This document shows, one piece after another, positions 30,254 to 43,383 of a DNA stretch of 64,000 nucleotides. The notes beneath the pieces were generated by a model. It did not search any database. It was not told where the DNA came from and saw only the letters and a list, made by a program, of their open reading frames with translations. The DNA lies in NCBI GenBank assembly GCA_951406725.2, contig OX597815.1, positions 210,304,001 to 210,368,000 on the forward strand, written 5' to 3'. The translations under genes were made by a program, and so were the position numbers. The DNA comes from Octopus vulgaris. Lineage: Eukaryota. Positions within the stretch are counted from its first letter, which is position 1, and every line of letters starts with the position of its first letter.

Positions 30254-30956
30254 GTATTAGAATGCAGTCTCATAAGGTTTAACTATTTACCATCGAATTA
30301 ATCACACCAACCTTTGTTAACACTCATTCTAACAGACGAAAGGTGCACAACATATATCTCCCTTCTCTCATTTTCTTGTTGCTGTTTCATTTAATTTTTT
30401 CTAGTTCGCTTTTGTATTTATTACTTTTTCACACAAAGTGTCAGGCATCTTACAAAGCGCCTCACCTTTTCTTATAAAGCGCCTCACCTTTTCTTATAAA
30501 GCGTCTCACCTTTTCTTATAAAGCGTCTCACCTTTTCTTATAAAGCGTCTCATGTTTTATTTCCTGGAAAACTGCAGGATATTAGTAGTTTATTCTTCCA
30601 CTCATTTCAAAGAGAATATTCTTAGTGTACAGTTCTTCTGTCGTGTCAGATTTATTTTATTGGTTCTTGTTTTCACAATTGTTATTCTATGTGAGACGCT
30701 TAACACTTTCTGAGAAAAAGGGCGAAAGATCAAATTAAATCAAAGAACAACAAAAAAAAAACGAGGGAAGGGAGATATAATTTGTGCACTTTTGGTCCGT
30801 TAGAATAGGTATTAACAATGACTGGTGTGGTTAAATCGATGGGAAATAGTTAAACTTTTTGAGATTGCATTCTAATAACAATTGAGAAACCAAAAGGTAA
30901 ATCAAACATGATAGAATGCGTCTACACTAAGAATATGCTCTTTGAAATGAGAGGAA
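30254..30956. repeat. Diverged fold-back element with internal 22-bp tandem repeat
   Basis: Arm 30254-30453 is the diverged reverse complement of 30690-30877; 30596-30629 is the reverse complement of 30923-30956; aaagcg(c/t)ctcaccttttcttat x~4.5 at 30449-30552. Confidence 0.75.
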
Positions 30957-31141
30957 TGGTAAACATCTGTTAATGATAAATCTATATAAACATTCAATGA
31001 AACGTTGAACTATTTTTTGGATTGTGTATCTCTTCACCTACCACATTTACTAGAGGTGAAATCTATGTCAAGATTCCTTCAATTATTAATAGTTGCACCT
31101 ACCTCTTCAGTTTGTTTTCGAAACGGCAGAGAGTAAGGACG

Positions 31142-31217
31142 CTGATGAAACTGCACCGACTGTGACACCAGTATGCATATCCAATAGTGCGCAGTCGCTG
31201 CAGTTAAAAGACATGTA
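31142..31217 (+). ncRNA. Degenerate hammerhead motif with long helix II
   Basis: CTGATGA-aactgca-c-cgactg...cagtcg-c-tgcagtt-aaaag-acatgt-a; GAAA box mutated, helix I not evident. Confidence 0.4.
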
Positions 31218-31425
31218 AAGATGATGTAAATAACTGTTAAATAAAATTATGGATGTAAAAAATCTCCGTTCTCTTTATCATTATTATTACTATACATACT
31301 ATATACTATATATACTATAAAATAAAGTATGAATAATGAACGTTACATAATTTTCAATATTGTAGTAAGTTTGACTTATAGCTGATTCCAGTAATGCGTG
31401 TGCGTATGTGTTTATATGTATATAG

Positions 31426-31481
<56 letters not shown>

Positions 31482-31586
31482 ATATTTCGGAATGGTCATT
31501 TTGCCAGTTTAGCCAATAAAATATTTAACAAATATTTAAACGTATATATATATATATATATACATACATACATACATGCATGCATG

Positions 31587-31635
<49 letters not shown>

Positions 31636-31637
<2 letters not shown>

Positions 31638-32861
31638 GGGTTGGACAAAATAATGGAAACACCTTAAAATTTCAAACAAATTTATTTTAATATGGGGCAG
31701 GACCGCATTTGGCAGTAATTACAGCTCGAATTTTATGAGGCATGGACTCGTACAAATTTGCATTGTTTCCAAAGGAATTTTTCTCCATTCTTCAGTTAAA
31801 ACAGTCTCCAGTTCTTGTAGTTATGATGGTGTAGGATATCGACTTCTTACTTCTTTTTCTAAAATGTACCATAAATGTTCAATGATATTGAGATCTGGGG
31901 ACTGTGTTGGCCAGATAAGATATTCAACTTCACTAGAATGTTCATCGTGCCATTCAGTAATAAATTCAGTTGTGTGAATTGGTGCATTATCATTCTGAAA
32001 GATGGCGTTTCCCTTCGGAAACAGTTCCGCAACCATAAGATGAATTTGATCAGATAACATACTTAAATAGTCTTGATTATTAATTCTGCCATGAACGGAA
32101 ATCATTGGGCCGGCAGATTTCCAAAATATAGGCCCCCACCAGATCATCACAAATCCTTCTCCATGTTTAACAGTTGGAAGAAAGCAACTTGGGTTATGGT
32201 TCTTTTGCTGTCTCCACACGTATACTCAGCCGGTGGTCAGAAATAAGGTAAAGGATGACTCGTCCGAGAAAATAGCGTTCTTTCACTGCTCTTGGGACCA
32301 ATTCTGTAGGGTTTTACTCCGCTCTAAAAACTTTGCAGCGTTTGTTTTTGGAAGTAGTGGTTTACTGATTGGAGCCCCCCCCGTGAAATCTGGTTTTGTG
32401 CAGCTCCCGGCGAATAGATCTTGTGAAAACTGGGTTCTCTTGGTGGTCATTAGGCTCTGCAGTAATTTTGGGAGCTGTACTTTTGTGATCCTTTCAAACA
32501 ATTCGCGTAAGATTCCGACGGTCCCTATCTGAAAGTTTTGGTTTTTTTCTGGAGTTTTGTTTCGACGAGGAGGGTTTTCCTTCTGTCTCAAACATTTCGG
32601 CTGTTTTCATTACGCTAGCGCCTGCCATATTAGCGCCAACAATTTGACCTCATTCAAAGCCCGAAAAATCTCATTTTAATGAATTTTAATTACCTTTTTC
32701 TTATGATATCTGAAAAGAAACTGCAATTTTAACAAAACATATTAAGCAACACTAATAATAAATCAAAAAACAAAAATAAACAAGCTTTTGATGGTTTTAT
32801 AGATATTTCAAAATTATGATGCTATGATGTTAGATGTTTCCTTTATTTTGTCTGACCCTTG
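31636..32861 (-). mobile_element. Tc1-family (DD34E) transposon, full length but decayed
   Basis: TIRs cggggttggacaaaataatggaaacacct / agatgtttcctttattttgtctgacccttg in TA context; minus-strand motifs IFSDESS, PTVKHGEGFVMIW, FQNDNAPIH, WPTQSPDLNIIEHLW; several frameshifts. Confidence 0.93.
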
Positions 32862-32882
32862 TATATATGTATATATACATGC

Positions 32883-32969
<87 letters not shown>

Positions 32970-33527
32970 CAAAATTTAGATTATATAAAATATGCTATTG
33001 ATACATTTCAGCAGCTAAAAGCAAATTTACTGCTGTTAGCGTTTAGAAAATACCTGTCTTGTGGTAAAAATTTGTGAAATCATCCGGTTTCTTCAGTGTC
33101 GCCATCTAACAGGAATTCCAGACAGCGATGCTCTGAATTTTTACTCTTCCAAATGGGTCGTAGCTCAGAGAAGAAAGTCTAAACAACTTTGGAAAGCACT
33201 AGCTTTATGTTAACTGCCGTCAATAGCATTGACTGATTTGCGCTGGTAGATCTCACGATCGAGTAAAGTAACGAAATGTTAGCGCCAAGTGGTATTCAGG
33301 CATAAGCAAAATTAAGGTTAGTTCGAAACATCGATATTTAGGATTCCTAATAGATGCTGGCATTGAACAAACCGGGTGTTTTCACACATTTTAACCATAA
33401 GTAAGATATTTTCTCCACGGTAACTGCAGGGAATTTTTCTTTTAGTACTTGAAATATGTGACATACAAATTTTAGCTAATGTAAATAATTTTGCTTGTGC
33501 CTAAGTACTGCATGGCGCTAACATATC

Positions 33528-33610
<83 letters not shown>

Positions 33611-34327
33611 ATATATATATATGTATGTATGTATGTATGTTTTGTGGTCGTTCGATGGCTTTTGGGAAAATGTTACAGATCAGCATTTATGTATCAACTA
33701 TACTCCATGAACCTAATTCTTTCTAAACCTTCGCTCTGTAGAAGTACCATAACGTATATGTGTTCTCCCTCATGGGGCGTACAGAAACGCGACTGTTTGC
33801 TTAGTTTCATATGTATGCTGCAGCTCTCTCTCTGTCTCTCTCTCTCTCTCTCTCTTATTCTTTACCTCTCTCACACACAATCACTCATACACAGGCTCGC
33901 ACAAACATAAACACTCACACATACATATGTATATAATTTTATGTTTATGTTTATAAGAAAGATTAGCAAATAGACACTAGACAAATAATTGGATAAAACA
34001 TATTCCCTCAGTAATATGCTTGTATAATAGAAAGTGTAACACAGTTTTCACTTTCGATAAGCAGTTGAAGTCCATTTAATGCAGGTCATGTTTTGTTTGA
34101 ATTATGTTGTTTTCTGGGATTTTTTTTTAGTTCCTAATTTTGTAGACACTAAACACTCGTAGAAGTTAATGTGGCGTATATATTCCTGATAGTCATTACA
34201 AAGCAATTTAACACCGGACTATGAATAAAGGTATAAAAGTATGGAATTAGACCTACACATATATACAAATCAATATATATTATATGTGTGTGAGTGTGCA
34301 TATATATATATATATACACGCACACGC

Positions 34328-34465
<138 letters not shown>

Positions 34466-35570
34466 GGGCAGATATGTGTGTTTATACATATTATGTATAT
34501 TATATTATGTTACATTATAGTATATTATATTATATATTATCTTATACGTATGTAATTTAAGGCCGATGAGCTGATGTAATCGTTGCCTCGCTGGAAAAAA
34601 TGCTTAGCGGATATTTTCGCCTCGTTATCAGGATTGTTCAAATGTCTGCGAGGTCCACTTATAAGTATATGTGTATATTCTCTACCATGTTCAACCTTTT
34701 GTGTTAGAACTTTTGCAAATTGTGTGGATTTTTGTAAAGGTTTCAGTAGGTATTTAAAGGAAAAAGTGCTTCGCTATTTCACCAATGATACGAAATCTAG
34801 GCTTGAGACTGACTTTCTAAATTCAGCTTTGATATTCATCGTTTCTGAATTATGACGCTATGCTTATGTAAATACTTCTTGCATTATACTAGCATGAATC
34901 TACTACCTAAGCAAGTTAGTTCATATAAAGCTTGACCTTTTCTTTTTGTTGTTTTTTTCAATACTATTCATAAATCAATTATTTTCCGTTTGATGCGTAT
35001 CGTCCTTAGACGAGATTATATATGACGTCTGAAATATCACGGTATTTCAGTATCAAAACTGTATTATCTAAAATGCCAACGATTTTTTTTCCTAGGTTAG
35101 TTTGTTATGTGACATTGCAAAGCGCTGAGATCGTAAGTCATTCATGTATAGAACTGCTTCTCATTAAAGAAAAATGTTCATCAGTCGGCAGATGTCAAGT
35201 TTGCTGAATCTGTTCACCTTCACATCAAACTCCTTTACAACATTCCTGTTTCTGTCTTTATCCTGCATGCTGAATGTATAGAGGCACATTCTGACATGGA
35301 TGTTAAAGTATAAGTCATTTAATATTGAAAGGTACTTCCCTATAAGCCACACTATAACATAGTATATATGTTAATGATACTATATTTTATAGTGTTAAGA
35401 CAAAATTCATTGACTCACAAGATATTTCTTGTCATTAATAAACTATTAAGTATCTACCCTAAGAAAATAGCTTTTATAGATTTGTTTTATTACTAATTAG
35501 TACATAATAGTTTATTCACTTATGCATAAACTATTAAATATCTACCTTAAGAAAACAAATTTTGTAGATA

Positions 35571-36020
35571 GGCGCAGGAGTGGCTGTGTAGTAAGTAGCT
35601 TGCTTACCAACCACATGGTTCCGGGTTCATTCTCACGGCATGGCACCTTGGGCAAGTGCCTTCTACTATAGCTTCGGGTCGACCAAAGCCTTGTGAGTGG
35701 ATTTGGTAGATGGAAACTGAAAGAAGCCCGTCGTATATATGTATATATATGTATATATATATATATAAATATATAAATATATGTATATGTATGTGTGTAT
35801 ATGTTTGTGCGTCAGTGTTTGTCCCCCACCTTCGCTTGACAACCGATGTTGCTGTGTTTACGCCCCCGTAACTTAGCGATTCAGCATAAGAGTCTGATAG
35901 AATAAGTACTAGGCTTACAAAAAAGAATAAGTCCCGGGGTCGATTTGCTCGACTAAAGGCGGTGCTCTAGCATGGCCGCAGTCAAATGACTGAAAGAAGT
36001 AAAAGAGTAGAAAGAGTAGA
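35571..36020 (+). mobile_element. SINE family A, full length
   Basis: tRNA-like head (tggctgtgtagtaag A box, gggttcattctc B box), ggcaccttgggcaagtg block, internal TA/TG microsatellite, aagagt-repeat tail; four other long copies in this window. Confidence 0.92.
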
Positions 36021-36453
36021 GTATGTTTCATTGCTCGTGAAGTTTATTTGTTATTGCTTTGAAACATTGGATTTTCCATTTCAGGCAATTTTAATGTCCT
36101 GTTCCTTTGCATTGGTGATCTTACAACTTGATCACAGTTAAAATGAGGACACACCTATCTTGATGTACTTTTGTAAAGGTTTCATGTATAATGCTTTTAC
36201 TTTTATGTAATAAATTGAGTATTTTTCACAAAGTGAGTCTTGATTGAGTAGAAGTATGACAAAAAGTGTTCCACTCAAGACTATGTCATACTTACAAAAT
36301 ACATCATAATGTATGCACATTTATATTTTGTATGAGTTTTGGGAATTTTCGGCGATATTTCAAGCAGCTGTTGTGAGCACATAGATATTGCCTCTTTAAG
36401 TGACTCTAATTACTTTGGCTAGTTCTGTTCTATTTCATTTCTCTGTTCCATTA

Positions 36454-36630
36454 GGGCGACGAGGTGACAGAATCATTAGCCAGTCGGACAAAATGATTAG
36501 TGGCCTTTCATCTGGTTCTTTATGATCTGAGTTAACGTCAAGTCGAGATCAGCTCTATCTTTTATCATTTCCCGGTCGATAAAATAAATACCAGATAAAC
36601 AGTGGGATCGATGTAATCAACTTATACCTT
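36454..36630 (+). mobile_element. Decayed SINE family B copy
   Basis: ggcgacgaggtgacagaatcattagc ... gtcgataaaataaataccag ... tcgatgtaatcaactta. Confidence 0.7.
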
Positions 36631-38949
36631 TCCATACAATTGTACAAACATGTTAGGCCATTTATTTGTTTGTTTCAGCTGGTAATTATTCTCATCAAAT
36701 CAATTAGAGAATACTTCTAAACTTTTCTTTACAGTGTTTTGCAAGGAGGATGATAAGACCGTTTTGCTTTTAAACTAACTCTGCGAAAACTAATGCATTA
36801 CAAATTTATGTTCAGGAAAATGAAGATGATGATCGCGGTAGTGGTTAAAGTATTTCAGAGCGTAGCCGTCTTTCATTGGTCTTTACATCATGGCCGATCA
36901 ACAGAACTGAATAACACACGTATACATACAGAATGATACATACATAGAGACATACATGTACACGCGCACTAAAGATTTTAAATGTTTGCCACAAGTTGTA
37001 GATCACTTCATAGTTATAGAACAAAATACTAGTCAACGTGTAGCACAGCAGTGGGAATGAAACCGTTAAAACATTATTGTTTCAAAGTGACCTTCGTACT
37101 ACATATGTATGGCTGCGTTTATGACTGAATATCTGCAAAACTAATACAAAATTTTAAGTAAATTTTCAAAGTTATTCTAAAGTGATTTATTATGTTGGAA
37201 TTCTTATCAGAGACAAATATGATTAATTAGGTTTTCTCTGAAGCTGTTCAGAACTGAGATGTCGTTTCCTGTTCATACATTCACCATTAGTGAAACAGCT
37301 GCTCTCAGTAAGATATAAAAATATCGTTGACCAAAAGATTTATGAATATAATACTCAAAACTACAAGTATACATAATTGTCAAAGGTCTTTCTGAGTACA
37401 GAATCATTCTTTAGTTACTACAAATAATAATATATATATATGTAAATGGTTGATAAAAACTTCACCATAGTGATTTGTGGCAAAATAGATTCAAGCATAA
37501 TCAAACACACTGATCTCCCCGTCGTTTAGCATTTATACGAAAATGGTTGTTGTATTGTTGTAAATATTCAATTTTTTATGTATCCCAGTGTTAGAAGTTA
37601 CAGTATATCCAAATTATCAAAAGTAAATTTGACCTCACCAAGATTGAGTTTCGGAACCTGTTGCAATGAAATTATTGAGGTGTATTTATTTTGATACCTT
37701 AATTACATTTAATATATTACCAGTGTTCTGTTTAAATTTGTTGTAATATATTAAACACAAATATGTAAAAAAATGGAGACACAGAGTTCATTAATGACGC
37801 AATCAATAAACCTTCAAACAAACAGTCTTATTAACTGTCGAATATACTCTCCACTGGGTGTCACTGAAAACATTTGAAGAACCTTATTTGTAAAACTATT
37901 ACTTGATTACTAGGTAAAAATTAGTATTAGCTTAGTTACACACGTATGCAATGTTGAAAACAGGGTTCGATAACAACGCTCTGTTACTAAATGTTACGAT
38001 AAAAAAGAAAAATATTTGGATGTGGAAATAGCATTGTTACAATAACAGTCACTTCGACTGTCTGTCATATATTCAAAACATTAGGATATTCAATGTTAGA
38101 GTAATAGTAATTTCGGTTATAGAGAAAATACATAGATTAATGTTAATATAGTATATTCGTTGGCATAATAGATGAATAGAAAATACAAATATTCACAATG
38201 TGGAACTAATGTGATAATTAGATAAACACTTGGATGTTTACTGCGTGCAGTAATTTTCATCTTAACTCACTGAACACCAACAGCAACAAGTTTGTAAACT
38301 ATAAACCAACTATTTCACACATCTCCATCCCATCAGTCGCATTCGTTGCTAAATTCAACAAAATTTCTTCATTCTTTCTGAACAAGGTTACAGTTTTTTT
38401 TTTTCTTGAAAAAACTGAAACATCCAAATTTCCATAATGTTATAAAATGGGAATCATTGACTGGTAGAATGGTATTGTTGAATGCTAAAGCTTTCAGCAG
38501 AAGGAATTTTGATAGAAGGGCAATTGGACACAATATCTAAAAGAAAATGTTTGCAATTTTATTGTCAATGGTATTCATAAAATAGTGTGTTGCTCATAAA
38601 TAATTATTCCATAACAAATGTTCACTTTTTTTAGCCTAAATCTAATTGAATCAAGAATTTTCATGCTAAATGTAAATAAATCTCATTTTGTTCAGCTAAT
38701 TACCCTGTGATTTGAGTAGCTACAAAAATTAATTTGGTGTTTCTCAAGAGATTTGAGAGGCAGAAAATGGATACAAGGTTTATATCGTGTCATCTATTCT
38801 ACGTGCCGATTCAGTCTTTTATAGGTTATATTTTTTAAATAATAATATAAATATTTTGTATATGGAGAATATGTTAATATCTTTAATATCTTTAAATGGT
38901 TTCTGCTTTAAAAATGTGGTCATGCTGGGACATTACCATTGATTGTGAG

Positions 38950-39062
38950 ATGCTTACAGCACCTAGGTTTCCCATGCGGACAGCCATCTAAGTACTTACT
39001 AGGCTCGACGTTGCTTAACTTCGGTATTCGAACGAGAACTGCTACATTCAACGTGATATGTT
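38950..39062 (-). pseudogene. 5S rRNA pseudogene
   Basis: Minus strand catatcacgttgaatgtagcagttctcgttcgaataccgaagttaagcaacgtcgagcctagtaagtacttagatggctgtccgcatgggaaacctaggtgctgtaagcat matches invertebrate 5S rRNA (box A agttaagc) with many substitutions and a lost 5' end. Confidence 0.9.
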
Positions 39063-39081
39063 AAACAATAATATAATGTAT

Positions 39082-39396
39082 AGGCGCAGAAGTGACTGTG
39101 TAATAAGAAGCTTGCTTTCCAGCCACATCTTTCCGGGTTCAGTTCCACTAGCGTGACACCTTCACTAGTGTCTTCTACTATAGCCTCGGGCCGACTAAAT
39201 ACTTTTGAGCGAATTTGGTAGACGGAAACTCAGGGAAACCCATCGTATATCTGTGTGTGCGTGTGTATGTTTGTGTGTTTGTGTTTGTCTCCCCCCAACA
39301 TCGTTTAACAACCAATGCTGGTGCGTTTACGCCCCCGTAACCTAGCGGTTCGGCAAAAGAGATCCAATAGAATAAGTACTAGGCTTACAAAGAATA
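39082..39396 (+). mobile_element. SINE family A, 3'-truncated
   Basis: Colinear with 35571-35930. Confidence 0.88.
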
Positions 39397-39536
39397 ATCT
39401 ACTAATATATGATTCTCTTGTGTTTTGGTCCTCACAAGGGATTACTGATGAAGGAAAGTGTGATGACAAACCGAACGACGTCTGTGTGTGTATATTTATA
39501 ACCAATTTGTTATACACACTGGTTGATATGATCAAA

Positions 39537-39770
39537 GGCGGCGAGCTGGCAGAAACATTAGCACGCCGGGCGGAATGCGTAGCCGTATTTCGTCTGCCGT
39601 TACGTTCTGAGTTCAAATTCCGCCGAGGTCGACTTTGCTTTTCATCCTTTCGGGGATCGATAAATTAAGTACCGGTTACGCACTGGGGTCGATGTAATCG
39701 ACTTAATCCGTTTGTCTGTCCTTGTTTGTCCCATCTATGTTTAGCCCCTTGTGGGTAATAAAGAAACAGA
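39537..39770 (+). mobile_element. SINE family B, full length
   Basis: ggcggcgagctggcagaaacattagc head, gagttcaaattccgcc B box, gtcgactttgcttttcatcctttcggggatcgataaattaagtacc central block (resembles the Meta-SINE domain). Confidence 0.9.
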
Positions 39771-40647
39771 TATGATCATGCGAAAGTTTGTGTGTGGTTG
39801 TGTATAATATACTTATATATATCCACCGATGGTAGTGGGAGGTGAAAATTCTACGGTGAAAAAAAAACAAACAACGATTCAATTTTGTGTGAATATATAT
39901 GTGAATGTGCGAACGTGTAAACAGGAAGTAGGTGAATGCTTGTGTTGTGATTTTATGTGTGTTTCTATAAAATATGTTCATATATATTCCAGTGAGTGTA
40001 TATGTATTTCTCTATGCTTATTTAGAAATAGAATTACAGAAACAAGCGCACTTACACATACGTATATATAAACAGACACACTCAAAAAGGAAGGAAAGGG
40101 GCTGTGAGAATGTATAGACAACTACAGACTGTGCTACTCGTACATATAAATGTATACACATGAACACGCACACACACACATACATATATACTCATGCACA
40201 CATACACACAAACACATTCACATACACACATATGTGTGTGCATGTAACTATCATTTTCTCTAATGATTATTTTTATGTAAATGTTTTTCATTTTCATTTC
40301 ATCTATAGTTTCAGCTCACAAACATATACATATACAAATTCAATAGAGAAAATACTTATTGCCTGAGTGTATCAAGAATACAAAACGACTGCACTGAAAA
40401 GGTATTTTATAAATACACATCTACATTTAATTTAACAGTTCATATATATTTAGTTATATCAAGAAATTGTTACCCAGCCTTCTTTCGATAACTGTACATA
40501 AACTAACCAGCGTTCTTTCAGTAACTGACGTTGACCGATGTCACATCTGAAAATGCAATCACTTGATGACACTGACAATTGTATTCGACAAGAAACGTAT
40601 TTGGCAACGATATTTCTGCAGTAAGTATCGGTGATATTGATGGAATT

Positions 40648-40868
40648 TATTCTTTTACTCTTTTACTTGTTTCAGTCATGTGACGGTGACCATCCTGGAG
40701 CACCGCCTTTAGTCGAGCAAATCGACCCCAGGACTTATTCTTTGTAAGCCTAGTATTTATTCTATCGGTCACTTTTGCCGAACCGCTAAAGTTACGGGGA
40801 CGTAAACACACCAACATCGGGTGTCAAGCGATATTGGGGGGACAAACACAGACACACAAACACACACA

Positions 40869-40958
<90 letters not shown>

Positions 40959-41118
40959 TACGACGGGCTTCTTTCAGATTCCGCCTACCAAATCCACTCA
41001 CAAGGCTTTGGTCGACCCGAGGCTATAGTAGAAGACACTTGCCCAAGGTGCAATGCAGTGGGACTGAACTCGAAACCATGTGGTTCGTAAGCAAGTTACT
41101 TATCACACAGCCACTCCT
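40648..41118 (-). mobile_element. SINE family A, near full length
   Basis: Reverse complement of 35571-36020 with an expanded internal (CA)n(TA)n. Confidence 0.92.
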
Positions 41119-41119
41119 A

Positions 41120-41859
41120 CCACTATATAATGTTGACAAAAATTATTTTAATACCAAAAAAACAAAGAGTCAAACGAATTGAATACCAAGATGTTGCTAC
41201 TTCTAGATGGAGACTTACAGATATATCAAAGCGTTAATATGTTGGTTGATGAAAGTGTCGAGAATATCATGAATTTTCCGGAAGTCTTTGAATTCTTTGA
41301 TGTCGTCAGGCATGCCCCATACAATCTAGTACGGAAGAAAAATTCAATTGTGATTTTGCTGAAAAGTTTGGATCCTGCTAATGGCTTGCTGAACGGTTTT
41401 ATTGATTTTTAGTTTTATCTTGTAATAAAATTTATTTTCATGCAAAAATCATTATTGGCTGTAAAAAAGAAAATGAAGCATTCATACCACAAGTTGACCT
41501 GCGTCCGAATGAAACAGATTCACTCTTCAATATGAACAAGCGGCAGTTTCCTGTGGTACCGGCTTTTGCCATGACCATAAACAAATCACAAGGATAGAGC
41601 TTCGAAAAAGTTATTTACTTGACAGCTCCCGTATTTAGTTACAGCCAGCTTTATGTGGCCTTAAGTCCTACAAGAAGGAAGGAAAGCTTAAAAATTCTTT
41701 TGAAGGAAACAAGCAGTCAAGGTATGTTAGTAGCTGATATATTTCTGATAAAAACAATTTAGTAATAAGAGAATTATTAAACTAAAATCTTGGTTTTGTA
41801 CTTTTTTATATATAAAATACTGCCATTAGCCGTCATTTCTTACAGCAGGGGACTAGCTA
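41120..41859 (+). mobile_element. Helitron remnant with PIF1-type helicase C-terminal pseudo-CDS
   Basis: Translations IVILLKSLDPANGLLNG and [41 protein letters not shown] (PIF1/RepHel C-terminal motifs); ends ...ggggactagCTAG|T. Confidence 0.85.
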
Positions 41860-42336
41860 GTCTATAAATATTTTGTCAAAATTATAGAGGTTATTTTACT
41901 TATCTGAATTAACATATATTTTTTCATTTAACCTAAACACTCACCTTGCATTTTAGACTACGCTGGAATTTGATGTAATATTTCCGGAATTACATATTTC
42001 TAATTAGGTCAAATAAATCATATTCAAATTATTCGATTCGGATATTTCTCTGCACGTTTTAAATCGAAGCACAGCACTGCCAATTGTACCAGGTTTACAT
42101 AATAAAATGAATATGTTTTTGTTACCATCATATTCAGGAAAGATTCCATTTGCACAAAATGAAATTAGCATAGTAATATTTATTGGGAAGTGATAGATTC
42201 CAGAATTAGCTGTTTTTCCGTCTTGGTAGAACAATGTTCTAATCTGGGACAAGACGTAAAAGATAAATTTTGAAGAACTTGAGGACAAATATTACAAATA
42301 CATAAATTTTGTAGAGACCTTAATTCTCTTCAAATA

Positions 42337-42377
<41 letters not shown>

Positions 42378-42565
42378 TAAGCAATAAAGGGTTTAGCAAC
42401 GAATTGCCTTACCACAGACCGAATTTAGAAATAGCAGTCAAAGAGTTATAGCTATTTCTTCTACTAAAAGGGAGATCTCAGTAAAAAACACAGCAATTGG
42501 AAGGCAGACACAAACAGGTAAAGAGAGAATGAATTGACGGCAATCTATCATACAATTTTAAGTTA

Positions 42566-42665
42566 TCTACGGACGCACGTTTCGAAATCAAGTTTTTAGG
42601 AAAGCATAAGAATTAAATATTAAATAATTCTACGTTACCCAAACTTCTTTTCTCTTCAGCGTAGA
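42566..42665 (-). ncRNA. Minimal type-I hammerhead ribozyme (left arm copy)
   Basis: Reverse complement of 42887-42986. Confidence 0.75.
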
Positions 42666-42886
42666 ATACTATAATCATAAATGATTATATATTGAATTTT
42701 GAGATACTAGAAGGCACCAACTCAACTCAGTATCAGAGCGAGCTAGAATCCGCAACTAGTATCACCAAACTCAAAGTGTGAATGAAAGGATTGTGTCTGC
42801 GGATTCTAGCTCGCTCTGATACTGAGTTGAGTTGGTGCCTTCTAGTATCTCAAAATTCAATATATAATCATTTATGATTATAGTAT

Positions 42887-42986
42887 TCTACGCTGAAGAG
42901 AAAAGAAGTTTGGGTAACGTAGAATTATTTAATATTTAATTCTTATGCTTTCCTAAAAACTTGATTTCGAAACGTGCGTCCGTAGA
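42887..42986 (+). ncRNA. Minimal type-I hammerhead ribozyme (right arm copy)
   Basis: tctacg-CTGAAGA-gaaa[~60 nt hairpin]tttc-GAAA-cgtgcg-TC-cgtaga: 6-bp helix I, complete core, GUC triplet, predicted cut after 42980. Confidence 0.78.
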
Positions 42987-43315
42987 TAACTTAAAATTGT
43001 ATGATAGATTGCCGTCAATTCATTCTCTCTTACATGTTTGTGTCTGCCTTCCAATTGCTGTGTTTTTTACTGAGATCTCCCTTTTTTAGTAGAAGAAATA
43101 GCTATAACTCTTTGACTGCTATTTCTAAATTCGGTCTGTGGTAAGGCAATTCGTTGCTAAACCCTTTATTGCTTAGTATTACTTAAATTTTCCTCGAATG
43201 AGGCTTTTACATGCCGAAGACTACTTGGTGTAATTGATAATTATTCCAAATTAATTAATTTCACCCTTCATTATTACGGATAACCATATTTTATCTCAGT
43301 AGATGACCATAGCAT

Positions 43316-43380
<65 letters not shown>

Positions 43381-43383
<3 letters not shown>

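Larger units (their letters stand above)
42374..43318. mobile_element. PLE-derived fold-back element: ~380-bp near-perfect inverted repeat plus unique tail, inserted in (TA)n
   Basis: Arms 42374-42754 and 42798-43179 with a 43-nt spacer and only a few differences; hammerhead in each arm; TA tracts on both flanks. Confidence 0.85.

Noticed and set aside
30449-30552. 22-bp repeat array as a CRISPR or iteron
   Set aside because: Head-to-tail minisatellite with no spacers.
43192-43230. gaatgaggc..gccgaag as an additional hammerhead
   Set aside because: Both conserved boxes deviate and no helix I or III could be drawn.
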